Assembly: GCA_000002445.1 (NCBI GenBank)
Contig: CP000067.1
Coordinates: forward strand, 544,001 to 608,000
Direction: 5' to 3'
Source: Trypanosoma brucei
Taxonomy: Eukaryota
Length of the DNA stretch: 64,000 bases
The notes beneath the pieces were generated by a model, which did no database searches, had not been told where the DNA came from, and was given only the letters and a program-made list of their open reading frames with translations. Positions 22,453 through 33,199 of the stretch are shown one piece after another. Within the stretch, counting starts at the first letter, position 1; each line of letters opens with the position of its first letter. The translations under genes and the position numbers were made by a program.

Positions 22453-25400
22453 ATGATAGGGTCTTCTGCGACCACCGTGTCATGCTCAAATGATGTTTGT
22501 AGTCGTGCCAACGAGCGCTGGGACGAGGACCGCCTCGCCGTTGCCACTCACGTGCAGAGTTTGTTGGTTGCGATCCGCTCCAATGAGAGGTTTGGCGCCA
22601 AGGCGCGTTTCTTAGGATCGAGTGACGTGGTAGAACATGTGCTGCTGCGCCGTCTCCGGGCTTTACAACGCAAGATCGTGACTCCATGTTTGGTGCGCCC
22701 GATCACGGAGGAGGCGATTCTGCTCCCGTTCTGCGACATATGGATAAGTGAGGAGATGAGTTACACCATAATTGGCACGGCAATGACTTCTTTATCGAAC
22801 TTGATTGATCTTAGGTGCACCTTCATTACAGTGAAGGGGATCCAGAGGGTGTTGGAGCTGGCCCAGCGGTCTGTTGGTGGTTCCGAAGATGACCTTACCT
22901 ATGAGGATCTGTTGCTGAGGAAGCTGAAGTTGTGCGTGAGTTGTGTGAAGCATCCGTGCGCGCGTGCGCTTCCTGAGACCTTCTTTGTCGACGTCGTACG
23001 CCTGGCATTCGTGATAGCCATGCATCCGGACACGAGCTTGCTGCTCCGTTGTATTGCTAAGGAGGCTATGAAAGACACTGCGACGGCGATGTACGGCTTT
23101 ATAATTGAGAATATTTCTTCGTATAATTTGGGTCAAGGCAGCACCGATGGCGTTGAGAACTTTCAAGCCCACGAAAGTTGTGTCGATTTTCAGCTCACGG
23201 GCGTTCCCATGCTTCGCTATGTATGTAGTCTCATCGATGGAACTGTCAGTGAGATCAAGGAGGGCCGTTTTAGTCCGGGTATGTTTGGTTCGGCAGCGGA
23301 TTCCTCACTCGTCAGGAAGGTTCAACTGGAAGGCCTGCATTTAGCGCAGTCTATTCTTTTCGTCGTCAAGGATCATTTGTGCATGCCGGAGTGCGGGAAT
23401 TTGCTTTACAGCGTGCAGCACAATCTTTGTAGGGCTTTGTTGGTTGCTGGAGTGGGGACGGAGGACATCGGTCTTCTTTCTCAGATATTTCCAACGGTGC
23501 ACACCGTCGTGAAGGTAGCTTCATTTCACCTGCTTCCGCAAACCTATTCGTTTTTGAAGGTGCTTCATCTGGATCCGCTTGTGCGCATTGGCAGCGATCT
23601 AAACACAAATTCGACGTCCAGCCGAGTTGGCTCCGTCACAACATCCTCTCAGCGGCCGAGTCCGGCTGCTCAAATGAGCGTGTCAAAGATGCTGGATCTT
23701 TGTGAGAAGCGGGAGCTTATTTTGGAAAGTCTAGTGGGGTTCTGCACGGACGCGAACTTTGCCGTATTTTGCTACGCACAGTATGATCTTTCGCGACGCT
23801 TTCTTCCACTTCTAGAGCATATGTGTAGCTTGTTGGTGGAGAACTGTTTCAATATCACTAACTCGAACGTGCCCCTGGAGGGTGGAAAGCCTGGTCACAA
23901 CGGGCTTACAAATGATGTAGAGGTTGGGACACCGTTGACGAGGATGGATGCGCTTGCCCTCGAGGCAATCAAGGGGCTGTTGTGGCAGGTGTCGCAGGTT
24001 GCTCCACCACAGCGGTTTCATGGGGACTCAAATATGGCGGCCATGATTAACGCGCGTATAACCGAGAAGAATATGCTCGTAGAGCTCGCATCTCTTTTTC
24101 GCACTAACGCTCTAAAGAGCGGCATCCCTTTTCTTCTTGAGAAAGCCATCCGCTTGCCAGCTGGATCCTTGAAAGGGGTTGAAACGGGCAGTATTGGCTG
24201 TGATGTGCCAATGCTGATCCTCGAAGAACCTGCTGGTGGGCGTGAGGTTGGCGCCTGTCTGTACCGTTTGAGTGGTCTTCTTGATAAGCGTGCGCTAGGC
24301 GACTACCTGGGGGAGTTGGGCCGGGAACCACCCGAGCCGGATCCGGATGAAGGTGAGCATTACCAAGCGGCCCTAGCGGCTTGGATGGAAGACCGAAAGG
24401 ACGACCACTTGAAGCTTGGCACAGTACGCTATCACCAAGAGCAATTAAAGGGTTTCCTCCAGTCATTTGATTTCCGTGGCAAGTCCCTGTTGTCATCGAT
24501 ACGTGAGACAGCCTATCATATGTGCATGCCAGGCGAGGCCCAGAAGATCGATCGGGTTATGGAAGTGTTTTCCAGAACCTGGTTGGAAGCCAACCGCGGG
24601 GAGGGGAAGGATATCAATCCCTTTCAGAGCGAACAAGGGCCATTCATTTTAGGTTTTTCACTCATCATGCTTAACACCGATCAACACTCAGGGAAAATGA
24701 GTAAACCAATGACCCAAGAGGACTTCCGACGCATGCACCGTGATAGTGACGGTGGAGGCAGCCTCCCCGAAGAGTACCTGAGGGCCGTGTTTGAGGATGT
24801 GAAGGCGCATCCAATTATCATGGCGGAGATGATGGATGTCGGCTTTTCAAATGACGTCACGTGGCGCTTAGAGATGCGGCCATCCGAAGCTGTTGAGTCA
24901 AGGAAATCGGACCCGTTTACGAGGGTATCAATGCAGGCAGTGTCGCCAAACGCTCTTGAATCTTGCGAGGTGGAGGCACTTCGGCCGTTTATCTTACGTA
25001 TGATATGGAGTTATTGCCTTACCGCCTTCGGCAATACTTTAGTGGGTTGCACAAAGTCGGTGTTCGCCACCCAAAAGGATAGCACGCAGGAGACTGGCGC
25101 CGAAGGCGGCGACGTGATTCCCCAGCTTGCCACGCCTGAGTACGCGTACAACTGTGCACTGGACGGATTATGTCTTCTGGCTAAGGCAGCGAGGGACCGT
25201 GGCATGGCCTCCGTCGTTGATCGCGTCATCCTCACCATTCTGTCCCAGTTGCCGCTTGACTTGGAGAACGTTGGGAGCACAATTCCACAACTTTCCACTC
25301 AGCCTTCCGCCCTACTCTGCCTTGAAAAGGTGTTTCGTGTGCTCGATGAGTGTGTTCACGACGTCCTCGATGCTTGGGAGAAGTTGGGCCGGCTTTTTTC

Positions 25401-27468
25401 AAACTTCTTTCTTCTTGGCATGTTTTCCCGCGATGTAGTCGACTCGCCGGAGACTGTAACGCTTCGGGCTGAGTTGTACGCTAATCCCTGTGCTGGTGCC
25501 GAGGAAATCGGTGACACACAACCAGATGGCGGGTGGCTCTCCACACTGTGGGGCTCCCCAAACACTCAGAACCGCACGAAGGAGCTTCGTTTGCAGAGGG
25601 AACAGGAAACCATGGAACGTGTAAAGGCTCTTCTCCCAACTTTGGAAGAACTTCTGAATATGATTGATGGGCTTGATGTCGACTCACACGGGAGGTTTTT
25701 TTCTGTGCTTTGCGAAGAAGTGCGACATAAGCTGAGGCAGAAAGATGGCGGGAGGTTATCCACTCATTTGTTGGTACTCATTACAGAAATTGCCGTGCGC
25801 CGTCCTGCGGAGCAGACCATATTGGATCGCTACATAAAATTATGCCAACAAACAGCTTCACATTACTTTACTGCCCACGAACATCTTGACGATGCTGATT
25901 TGTATCGCAACAACATCAGTGAAGACGGTGAGAGCAGTAGCCGTCTCTATGCCCCGACCACCGAGAGGTTTGGGGTTTCTTTCGGAGCCGGTGCCTCTCC
26001 CGCGAGTTTTGACTTCTTTGAGGAGTGGTTGACATCGACAACGCGCGTCGTCAAGGCAGTACTCAGAGCTCTTGTCTGCTTCGCGTCCAATGCGGAATCT
26101 CGGCATGTTTTTTCACCCCTTCTTGACTTGCTGATGGCCGCACCACCGAACGTATTCAAGGTTGCCGTCGCCGCTGACCTCTCACTTACTCTACTGGAGT
26201 TAACTCAGGAGGCCCCTCGGCTGGTTAACCCACCATATAACCTTTCGCTTAATGGAGTACTTTCTGCGCTCTCCCTTTCCTTTACCACGTGCCCCAGCCC
26301 CGTTGTCCAAAAGCGCGTTCAGAGTGCTCTCTCCTTTGTGGTGAGGGAGGCACTTTATGATTCGTTAAGTGAGAGTGATGATATTGTGAATGTGTTAGTG
26401 ACGTGTGCTCTTCAGTCGTCCAGGATGCAGGAGGAATATCCTGCTTCTGCCGATACAACATGGCCCCGGACAAATGTGAAACCCTCCGATGTACCTGAAC
26501 AAGGTGAACTCGTAGAAAGTTTTATTGGGAGCCTGGTGACTGTGTGCCATCGCTTCGCGATAAATCACGCGTTAAGAGATGCCCCGGCTGACAACGCGAA
26601 AGGACCTGCTGTGTGGATTATTGCACTGAAGGGGCTCTCCAACTTGGTTGTTATGTCTCGTCACAGCAGGGACCGGAACATGGCCCTGTTGTGCCTACAA
26701 CGTTGTTTACTAGACTTGGAAATTGGTTCGCTGTCCGCGGATACGGTGGTCCTGGTGTACGAGAACGTAATATTCCCCCTCGTGGAGCAGACTTGCGCAT
26801 CACCTTCAGACTCCCCTGCAACTCTCGGGGAACGGTGTGATCAAAATGATGGGTGCCAAGGTGGTCACGCCACCGATAAGGTTCTTCCTCAAATTCTACC
26901 CAAACAGTTTTCGGTAACTAGTATACTAAGTTCCCTTGCCCCAGCTCCGCCGTCGCGCCGGGCTGCACAGTCCGCTGCTGCTGCTGCCGCCCAGCGATCA
27001 CAAGGCGGCAGGGACAAACACCGGGAAGTGGTTGATTTGAAGTGTCGTGTTGTGTCTCTACTTTCGAAAGTGTTCCTCCACTATGCAAAGTTAATGGGAG
27101 AAAATCCCGTAGTCCTACGGGATTTGTGGCAGCGCGTGTTGGGAACGCTGTGCGCCCTCTACACATCTTTATCTGAGGAGTCAGGGACTGGTTTACCCGG
27201 CGGCGAGGCCGCGACTTTGGATGTGCCGGCTTTTAACGGGCCGCGAAGGATTGGAGCTATGGCGGAGGATAACGCTGTGCTGCGTGAAGCCATACAGGAG
27301 GCAGTGAAGAACATGATCTACGTTCTTGCCTCTATTCTGGTAGGGACGGGATCAACTTTGGAGGCAGTAGAGGCACAGCAGTTTTGGACGTCTACGAAGA
27401 ATCTTCTGCGCACCTTTGACTTTGCAGAGCAGTTGCTAGTTTTCATTGACAACCTTGAGGGTACTTGA
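22453..27468 (+). CDS. Sec7-domain ARF guanine-nucleotide exchange factor (BIG/GBF1-like large ARF-GEF)
   Basis: 5 kb ORF. The central Sec7 catalytic motif block ...FILGFSLIMLNTDQHSGKMSKPMTQEDF... (cf. conserved IMLNTDLHN) is flanked by long helical HUS/HDS-like regions. The start was moved to the in-frame ATG at 22453, because the upstream ORF residues come from a T-run. Confidence 0.8.
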   Translation: MIGSSATTVSCSNDVCSRANERWDEDRLAVATHVQSLLVAIRSNERFGAKARFLGSSDVVEHVLLRRLRALQRKIVTPCLVRPITEEAILLPFCDIWISEEMSYTIIGTAMTSLSNLIDLRCTFITVKGIQRVLELAQRSVGGSEDDLTYEDLLLRKLKLCVSCVKHPCARALPETFFVDVVRLAFVIAMHPDTSLLLRCIAKEAMKDTATAMYGFIIENISSYNLGQGSTDGVENFQAHESCVDFQLTGVPMLRYVCSLIDGTVSEIKEGRFSPGMFGSAADSSLVRKVQLEGLHLAQSILFVVKDHLCMPECGNLLYSVQHNLCRALLVAGVGTEDIGLLSQIFPTVHTVVKVASFHLLPQTYSFLKVLHLDPLVRIGSDLNTNSTSSRVGSVTTSSQRPSPAAQMSVSKMLDLCEKRELILESLVGFCTDANFAVFCYAQYDLSRRFLPLLEHMCSLLVENCFNITNSNVPLEGGKPGHNGLTNDVEVGTPLTRMDALALEAIKGLLWQVSQVAPPQRFHGDSNMAAMINARITEKNMLVELASLFRTNALKSGIPFLLEKAIRLPAGSLKGVETGSIGCDVPMLILEEPAGGREVGACLYRLSGLLDKRALGDYLGELGREPPEPDPDEGEHYQAALAAWMEDRKDDHLKLGTVRYHQEQLKGFLQSFDFRGKSLLSSIRETAYHMCMPGEAQKIDRVMEVFSRTWLEANRGEGKDINPFQSEQGPFILGFSLIMLNTDQHSGKMSKPMTQEDFRRMHRDSDGGGSLPEEYLRAVFEDVKAHPIIMAEMMDVGFSNDVTWRLEMRPSEAVESRKSDPFTRVSMQAVSPNALESCEVEALRPFILRMIWSYCLTAFGNTLVGCTKSVFATQKDSTQETGAEGGDVIPQLATPEYAYNCALDGLCLLAKAARDRGMASVVDRVILTILSQLPLDLENVGSTIPQLSTQPSALLCLEKVFRVLDECVHDVLDAWEKLGRLFSNFFLLGMFSRDVVDSPETVTLRAELYANPCAGAEEIGDTQPDGGWLSTLWGSPNTQNRTKELRLQREQETMERVKALLPTLEELLNMIDGLDVDSHGRFFSVLCEEVRHKLRQKDGGRLSTHLLVLITEIAVRRPAEQTILDRYIKLCQQTASHYFTAHEHLDDADLYRNNISEDGESSSRLYAPTTERFGVSFGAGASPASFDFFEEWLTSTTRVVKAVLRALVCFASNAESRHVFSPLLDLLMAAPPNVFKVAVAADLSLTLLELTQEAPRLVNPPYNLSLNGVLSALSLSFTTCPSPVVQKRVQSALSFVVREALYDSLSESDDIVNVLVTCALQSSRMQEEYPASADTTWPRTNVKPSDVPEQGELVESFIGSLVTVCHRFAINHALRDAPADNAKGPAVWIIALKGLSNLVVMSRHSRDRNMALLCLQRCLLDLEIGSLSADTVVLVYENVIFPLVEQTCASPSDSPATLGERCDQNDGCQGGHATDKVLPQILPKQFSVTSILSSLAPAPPSRRAAQSAAAAAAQRSQGGRDKHREVVDLKCRVVSLLSKVFLHYAKLMGENPVVLRDLWQRVLGTLCALYTSLSEESGTGLPGGEAATLDVPAFNGPRRIGAMAEDNAVLREAIQEAVKNMIYVLASILVGTGSTLEAVEAQQFWTSTKNLLRTFDFAEQLLVFIDNLEGT

Positions 27469-28176
27469 GGGGTAACGAAGAAACTACAGTGTGAATCAAG
27501 CGATTAATGGTAGACGTAGAGCCTCCCGCTGAAGCATGTCGCAGCACTAACTGTCCTGACATCGGGCGCGGTCAAAAACAAAGAGACAAGCAAACATCAG
27601 CATCATCAGCGAATTAACTATTTCTAACAAGCTGCCGGTTTTATTCCCCTACTCCACTTTTCTTCTCTTGTCTGATGCCCACGTAGTTCCACTGGAAATG
27701 CGTATGATGGTTGCTGACAGTTAGTTGGTGACCGTGGTAGTGTTCCTATTCTCATTCCCATTCTCTACCTCATGTCTTTTAACCTCCGTTCGAGCCGTGC
27801 ACCTCAACAGGTGTTTGGTTGGTATTGTTTGTGTGTTGCGCCGCTTTGTACAGTAAAAATACCAATAGCGAAGGGGAAAGTCGTGTAAGGGAGGCGATTT
27901 GGATTTTTTTTTGCAGTCACCCGGTAGTGTCTCTTCGCTACTTTTTTCTTCGTTGCTTCATCATTCCCACAGTTTCTGTCCGTTACTGTTTGCGGAGGCG
28001 CCGGTACCTCCTTCTCTGATCACGCTCAAGTGGCTGTTGTACAAACAGGGGAGCGCCTTGATTCTCGCCGCTTGAAAGTATTTTGCGAAAGTACAGAAAA
28101 GATAACAGCAAAGGCGGCAGCGAGGGAGGCACAGACACACACACACAAAAAAAAAAGAGATTGAGGAGGCCGCTGC

Positions 28177-28656
28177 ATGAAGGCGACAATTATAACACCA
28201 GGGGAGACGTATCGCATTTTAGCGCCCGCATCGTCGTTGCACAAATACTTGACAGACAGCTACTGGTGCTCTGCGATGGAAGAGGTATGCGAGGGAAAAC
28301 TAGACGGTGTTGCAGTGCGTTATACCGGGCAGCAGTTGGTGCTTCTGCAGTTCCGCCCAAAGCAACTGTCCCCTGCAGGCTACCGGTATCCCATTTCCAT
28401 GTCTATTCCTGTGGAGTATTTGGTCCCCATATCTACTGAGGAATCGACGGAGGATCACAATATTTGCAAACATGATACCAATTACGGTACAAAGGAGTCA
28501 ACTTTTTTGGGCTCGGGGTTTGCGCCACTGTGTGTTGTTTGCGGGAGATATAATGTACCGGGTATGGTGTTGAGGCACCATGGCTATAAATGCCCCGAAT
28601 GCGTGGGCCACAAGTCGACACGCAAATTGCGCATGGAGGGTGCACGGCGGCGCTGA
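28177..28656 (+). CDS. Hypothetical protein with C-terminal CxxC...CxxC zinc-ribbon-like motif
   Basis: 159-aa ORF with coding-like composition. It ends in CVVCGRYNVPGMVLRHHGYKCPECVGH, a four-Cys pattern. Confidence 0.4.
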   Translation: MKATIITPGETYRILAPASSLHKYLTDSYWCSAMEEVCEGKLDGVAVRYTGQQLVLLQFRPKQLSPAGYRYPISMSIPVEYLVPISTEESTEDHNICKHDTNYGTKESTFLGSGFAPLCVVCGRYNVPGMVLRHHGYKCPECVGHKSTRKLRMEGARRR

Positions 28657-30675
28657 TTTGTGAAGCTTACGGAGCCAGTGGAAGTTACGTAGGAGAGGGG
28701 AATGTGTGGAAACGGGGAAGACGAAAACGGAGAGCAGAGAGAACCGGATGCGTGGGGCGTGTCTGTTGAACCACAGTGGGAAGAATGATGATTTAAGCAG
28801 AGTATCGAAGAGTGTGTGTGATGCATGCCCACGTTTGTATTGATGTATTTAACGTCACGTACATGCACATCGTATTAGTTTTGCGTTGTTCGTGCGTTAC
28901 GTTGAAAGTGATTTTGGCTGGCGTTGGGAAGGGGAGGAGGGCTTGTCAGCTCCCCATCTACACCTATGCACTCCTCATGCTCGGCTTGTGCGTGCACGTG
29001 TGCGCTTTGGTTTGTATCGTCCCACCCGATACACATCTTCACTGAACGCTTCTGTGCTGTAGTTGTTGGCACATCAGCATTAGGCCCATCCATCTGTTTA
29101 TGTGTGTTTGTGTATGTGTACAGCTAAATGTGTCTCTATTACGAGAGGGTCTGAATGGACACCTCATGTCTCATCATCACTTTCCCTCCCCCCCCCCCAA
29201 TGACACGAGAAGCCCTGTGACTGCCGATGTGAAGTACCATGTGAAGAAGTTTATTTGGTGAGTTAAGGTGCATATATACATATGTCTATATATATATATA
29301 TATACTGGGCAAGGCTTGATGCTGCTACTCGTCACGAAATGTTTGATCGTTAAGCGGTGTGAATGCACTTGGAGAGTGCTGCGGCTTTACACCACGCGAC
29401 GAGGTTTCCGTCGGAAGAGTGGTTTCGTGTTTGGAGGTTCCTCGCCGTGGCAGGTGTGATGCTTTGGGAGGTTTTTTTTTTTACTTCTCTGCTTACTCAC
29501 TTATGCCCTATGTGCATTTCGAATGTTTTCTTTTCTTTCTTTGATTCCTATGGCGTGCACATTACACATTTATAAATGTTGTGCTACCGTATGGCTGTCT
29601 GAGGTTGAAGTCAACCCCCTCCCCTCCCCTACTCCCACATGCGTGCCAAAATCCTTTTCCGCATCTGTGAGTGGAGTGCTGATGGAGCACGGGCTTGAGT
29701 TTTGTGTACACTGCTTTTAGCTGGCGTTGATGGAGGGATTCGCTTTCACCAAAAACGCGCGGGAGTGGGTGCCGGAGGTTTATCTTTTCGCCAAACTGCA
29801 CTCCTCATACTAACACCACTGATTTGTTTTCCAATGAGGAAGTTATGATTACATGTTTGCGGTGCTGTTCACCTGAGGCGGGTTTGGTAAGGAGGGGAGA
29901 GTTAAAAATGTGGATGAGTGAATATGGTTTGTGTGCGCGAAACGGAACGGTTAAGAGAAGACGAGATATTCCAACTTTTACTTCCTTCGTTTGCTTGTTT
30001 AGTTGTTTAATATGTTCAAACGAGCCGTTGCCTCCCTATTGCTTTCCTTCCCTCCGAGCGTACGAGATACGTCAGCGTGATTTTGTTTTTCTTTGTTTTT
30101 TACTATCCTTTCCACCACCTTGCTTCTTTAAGGTGCCTTTTGCTTGCTTGTTTGTTTTTACGTCTTTGAGAGCTTTTGTTTGTATGTGTGGACAAAAATA
30201 TATATATCTCGTTTTAATAATCGTGACGTCCTTCCCTTCCTTAACTCATTCTCAACTCTTTATTCCACCTTTCGGCGTCACCCTAAAACGCCGTGACCAC
30301 CATGTAAGAGGTTTAGAGCAGAGAAAAGCTGGAGAAAAGGAAGCGACGAAGCAAAGCTACAAGAAGAAAAAAGACGAAAGCACCAACAGCAACAGTAACA
30401 GCGACATCAACGAAAAGCAAAAGCAAATAATTATTGAGGACGTTCGTGTCGCACAGGGGTTGTTTGGGGTTGCGGTATATTGATATATAAACATATTTGT
30501 TGATTACCTTCCTTGCCTCAACTAGAGGCAAGGCGGTTGCATGTGTCTTCATGGCACGTTCACATTTTAAAAAATCCTTTGTTTGTCTTCTGTACTATGT
30601 CAGCTACGTTGTTCTACTTTACTTTTTTTTCCCTTACCTGAACCCTCCACCCAAAGGTGAGTTTTAGCCTCCACA

Positions 30676-32793
30676 ATGGAGACGACATGCAAGGAGGATG
30701 TTCCTCAAGTACGTTTCCCATCACCTACTTCTTCCAAGTCGATGACGACCTCGCCGCAAAAACTGTCGATCTTGGGCGACATCACCGCCGAGCCCTTGTC
30801 TGCACGCCGTTCATTTAACGATGTGTCAAAGGTGAGGGAACCTGATGGACGCTGGTGCCGGAAGTTTCTTTCAACGTACTTCCGGTGTGAACTCTGTCAG
30901 AATGTAGTGACGGACCCTGTGCAGATTTTACCGAATGTGCTGTTGGTGTGCAGGCGATGCGCCCTCTCGAGGCGTGTGCCATCAAAGGACCTGCAAGAAC
31001 TTCCAGTTAGCTTGACGAGGGCTTTTGAGGATTTGTACGAGGGACAGAGGGAAGTCCAGCTGCCGTCAGCCAGCCGAATGAGTGAGATAGGAAGGGCGAG
31101 CACAACCTCGGATGAAGCCATATGCAAGAGAAGAATGGTACGAGTGAAGCGCCCGGATGCGGTGCAGGAGGGTAGTGACCATAGTCAAACTTTCCCGCTA
31201 GCAGCTTCTATTAACGGTACACTGAATGCCTCAGGGCGGTCATCAGTGCCTCTTCTACTTAACAAGGCGCTGTGCGAACTGGAAAACAAAGAATACTGTA
31301 TGCGGGTAGAAATAGAGTCTGCTGAGGCTTCTGGTGCACTGGAGCTGAAGAAGAGCTACAACTCCGATATGCGAAAGATAACCGCACGCAGCTGCGGGAC
31401 CAGCAAAACATTGAAAACGGACGCAGATCAAAAGTATGAACAGGCTGAATATACCCTGGCGCTGGAGCTGTACACGAAGGCAATTGAGCTTCAGCCCCGT
31501 GATCGCCTCACTCGTCTTACCGCTTTGTATGGAAACAGGAGTTCTGCCTACTTCATGGCCATGCGGTATGCTGAGTGTATAGCGGATTGCATGAAGGTGG
31601 TTGAGCTGGACCCGAACAATGTGAAATTGTTCGCTCGTGCAGCAAAGGCTGCAGCCATCATGGGTGACCTCACCGCGGCTGTGTCCCACATGGAATCGAT
31701 TCCGGAGGAACGTGTTACACCCAATATCATTAGTGAAAGGGAAAAGTATAAAAATGGACTTGACACGTACAAACGCGCTGAGTCATCCTTTGGAAAATCT
31801 GATAGTGACGATGCTTGGCAGATGCTTGTTGCCCAATTCAGTGACACCATCTTTTTTCGCATCCGCTACGCTGAGTCGTTGCAAAACCAGAAACGATTTT
31901 TGAAGGCAGTTGAGGTGCTTGACGTCGTTCCGCAGGAACGCAGGACCCCCAAACTCCTGTACATTATGGCTGCTTGTCTTTTTATGTGCGGGTTTGAACA
32001 CTTTGATAAGGCACGCACTTGTTTAGAGGATGTCCAGCAATTGGACGAAAACTGTGCCCAGTTGTTGAAGGTCCTGAATATAGTAGATGAGGGCAAGCAG
32101 AAGGGGAACCAGTACTTCCAGCAGAAGAAGTTTGTAGCTGCTATGGAGCACTACACTACAGCCATCGGCGCTGCGGTAAACAACAATCAGATATTGCGCA
32201 TCCTCTACTGCAATCGAGCTGCGTCCTACAAGGAAGTAGGAAAATATCGTGAAGCCATTGAAGATTGTACCAGAACCATTCAGCTCGACCCAGCCTTCTC
32301 TAAGGCTTACGCGAGGCGTGCGCGGTGCCATCAGGCACTTAGTGACTTTGCTTCTGCTATCCGTGATTTCAAGGCGGCGATAAAGTACGATCCGAACGAT
32401 CAGGAGTTGCCACGGGAGCTCCGGAGTTGCGAGCAGAGCATGGCGAAGGAAGGCGAACGTGAGAGGGACTATTACTACGTTCTGGGCGTCAGTCGTAATG
32501 CTACCGAACGCGAAATTAAGGCAAGGTATCGTGAACTCTCACTCCGCTGGCATCCGGATAAATGCATGTCACTCCCAGAAGAGGAGCGTGTGGTTGCGGA
32601 GCGCAAGTTTAAGATTATTGTGGAGGCGCACACGACGCTTATCGATGCCGTAAAGCGGCGGGACTACGACCTTAAAATGGAGAAGGAACGGCTGACGCGA
32701 AGTGGCGGATTCGGTGGATTTAATGGTTACAGTTCAGAAACGTTCCGTGGGCATTCTAATCGTTTCCGTCAAGGCAGTAGTGGATTTTGGTGA
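30676..32793 (+). CDS. TPR-repeat DnaJ (J-domain) co-chaperone, DNAJC7-like, with N-terminal Cys-rich U-box/RING-like segment
   Basis: The C-terminal J domain is DYYYVLGVSRNATEREIKARYRELSLRWHPDKC with HPD. Multiple 34-residue TPR repeats precede it (AEYTLALELYTKAIELQP; GNQYFQQKKFVAAMEHYTTAI; AYARRARCHQALSDFASAIRDFKAAIKYDP). The N-terminus has FRCELCQNVVTDPVQILPNVLLVCRRCA. Confidence 0.85.
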   Translation: METTCKEDVPQVRFPSPTSSKSMTTSPQKLSILGDITAEPLSARRSFNDVSKVREPDGRWCRKFLSTYFRCELCQNVVTDPVQILPNVLLVCRRCALSRRVPSKDLQELPVSLTRAFEDLYEGQREVQLPSASRMSEIGRASTTSDEAICKRRMVRVKRPDAVQEGSDHSQTFPLAASINGTLNASGRSSVPLLLNKALCELENKEYCMRVEIESAEASGALELKKSYNSDMRKITARSCGTSKTLKTDADQKYEQAEYTLALELYTKAIELQPRDRLTRLTALYGNRSSAYFMAMRYAECIADCMKVVELDPNNVKLFARAAKAAAIMGDLTAAVSHMESIPEERVTPNIISEREKYKNGLDTYKRAESSFGKSDSDDAWQMLVAQFSDTIFFRIRYAESLQNQKRFLKAVEVLDVVPQERRTPKLLYIMAACLFMCGFEHFDKARTCLEDVQQLDENCAQLLKVLNIVDEGKQKGNQYFQQKKFVAAMEHYTTAIGAAVNNNQILRILYCNRAASYKEVGKYREAIEDCTRTIQLDPAFSKAYARRARCHQALSDFASAIRDFKAAIKYDPNDQELPRELRSCEQSMAKEGERERDYYYVLGVSRNATEREIKARYRELSLRWHPDKCMSLPEEERVVAERKFKIIVEAHTTLIDAVKRRDYDLKMEKERLTRSGGFGGFNGYSSETFRGHSNRFRQGSSGFW

Positions 32794-32918
32794 GTGAAGT
32801 GCACTGCGTAGCACGTGAATATGCCTTGCAGGTAGTGCAAATGTGTGTGTTAGTTTGGAAGAAGCGGCAGGTATTTTCCTTGCCGTTACCGATAGGAGGC
32901 CAAAATAACAAAAAAAAA

Positions 32919-32956
<38 letters not shown>
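32919..32956. repeat. Compound (GT)9(GA)10 microsatellite
   Basis: Direct reading: gtgtgtgtgtgtgtgtgtgagagagagagagagagaga, about 125 nt downstream of the DnaJ gene stop. Confidence 0.95.
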
Positions 32957-33199
32957 AACGAGGAGGGGAAATAAATACAAAGTTTTCGGAGGAAGAATGG
33001 CAGTGCCACTGAAGTTGTGGAAACACGTGAGTCTTCCGTATTATTCGCAAATGAACCGTTTGTTGTGAAGTAAAGTCTGTAGGAATGAGAAGATAATTTT
33101 ATTAATAGTTTTTTTTAGTTTGTTTGGTGCTCCTTCCGTGTTGTGCTTCTGCACGCCTTTATACATTTTTCTTTTCCTCATAGACACCCGTATGAACAA

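Noticed and set aside
30585-30610. tcttctgtactatgtcag resembles the 3' end of the spliced-leader exon (..TTCTGTACTATATTG)
   Set aside because: Only about 10 matching nt. No upstream SL sequence and no Sm site or intron are present, and SL RNA genes occur in tandem arrays elsewhere in the genome.
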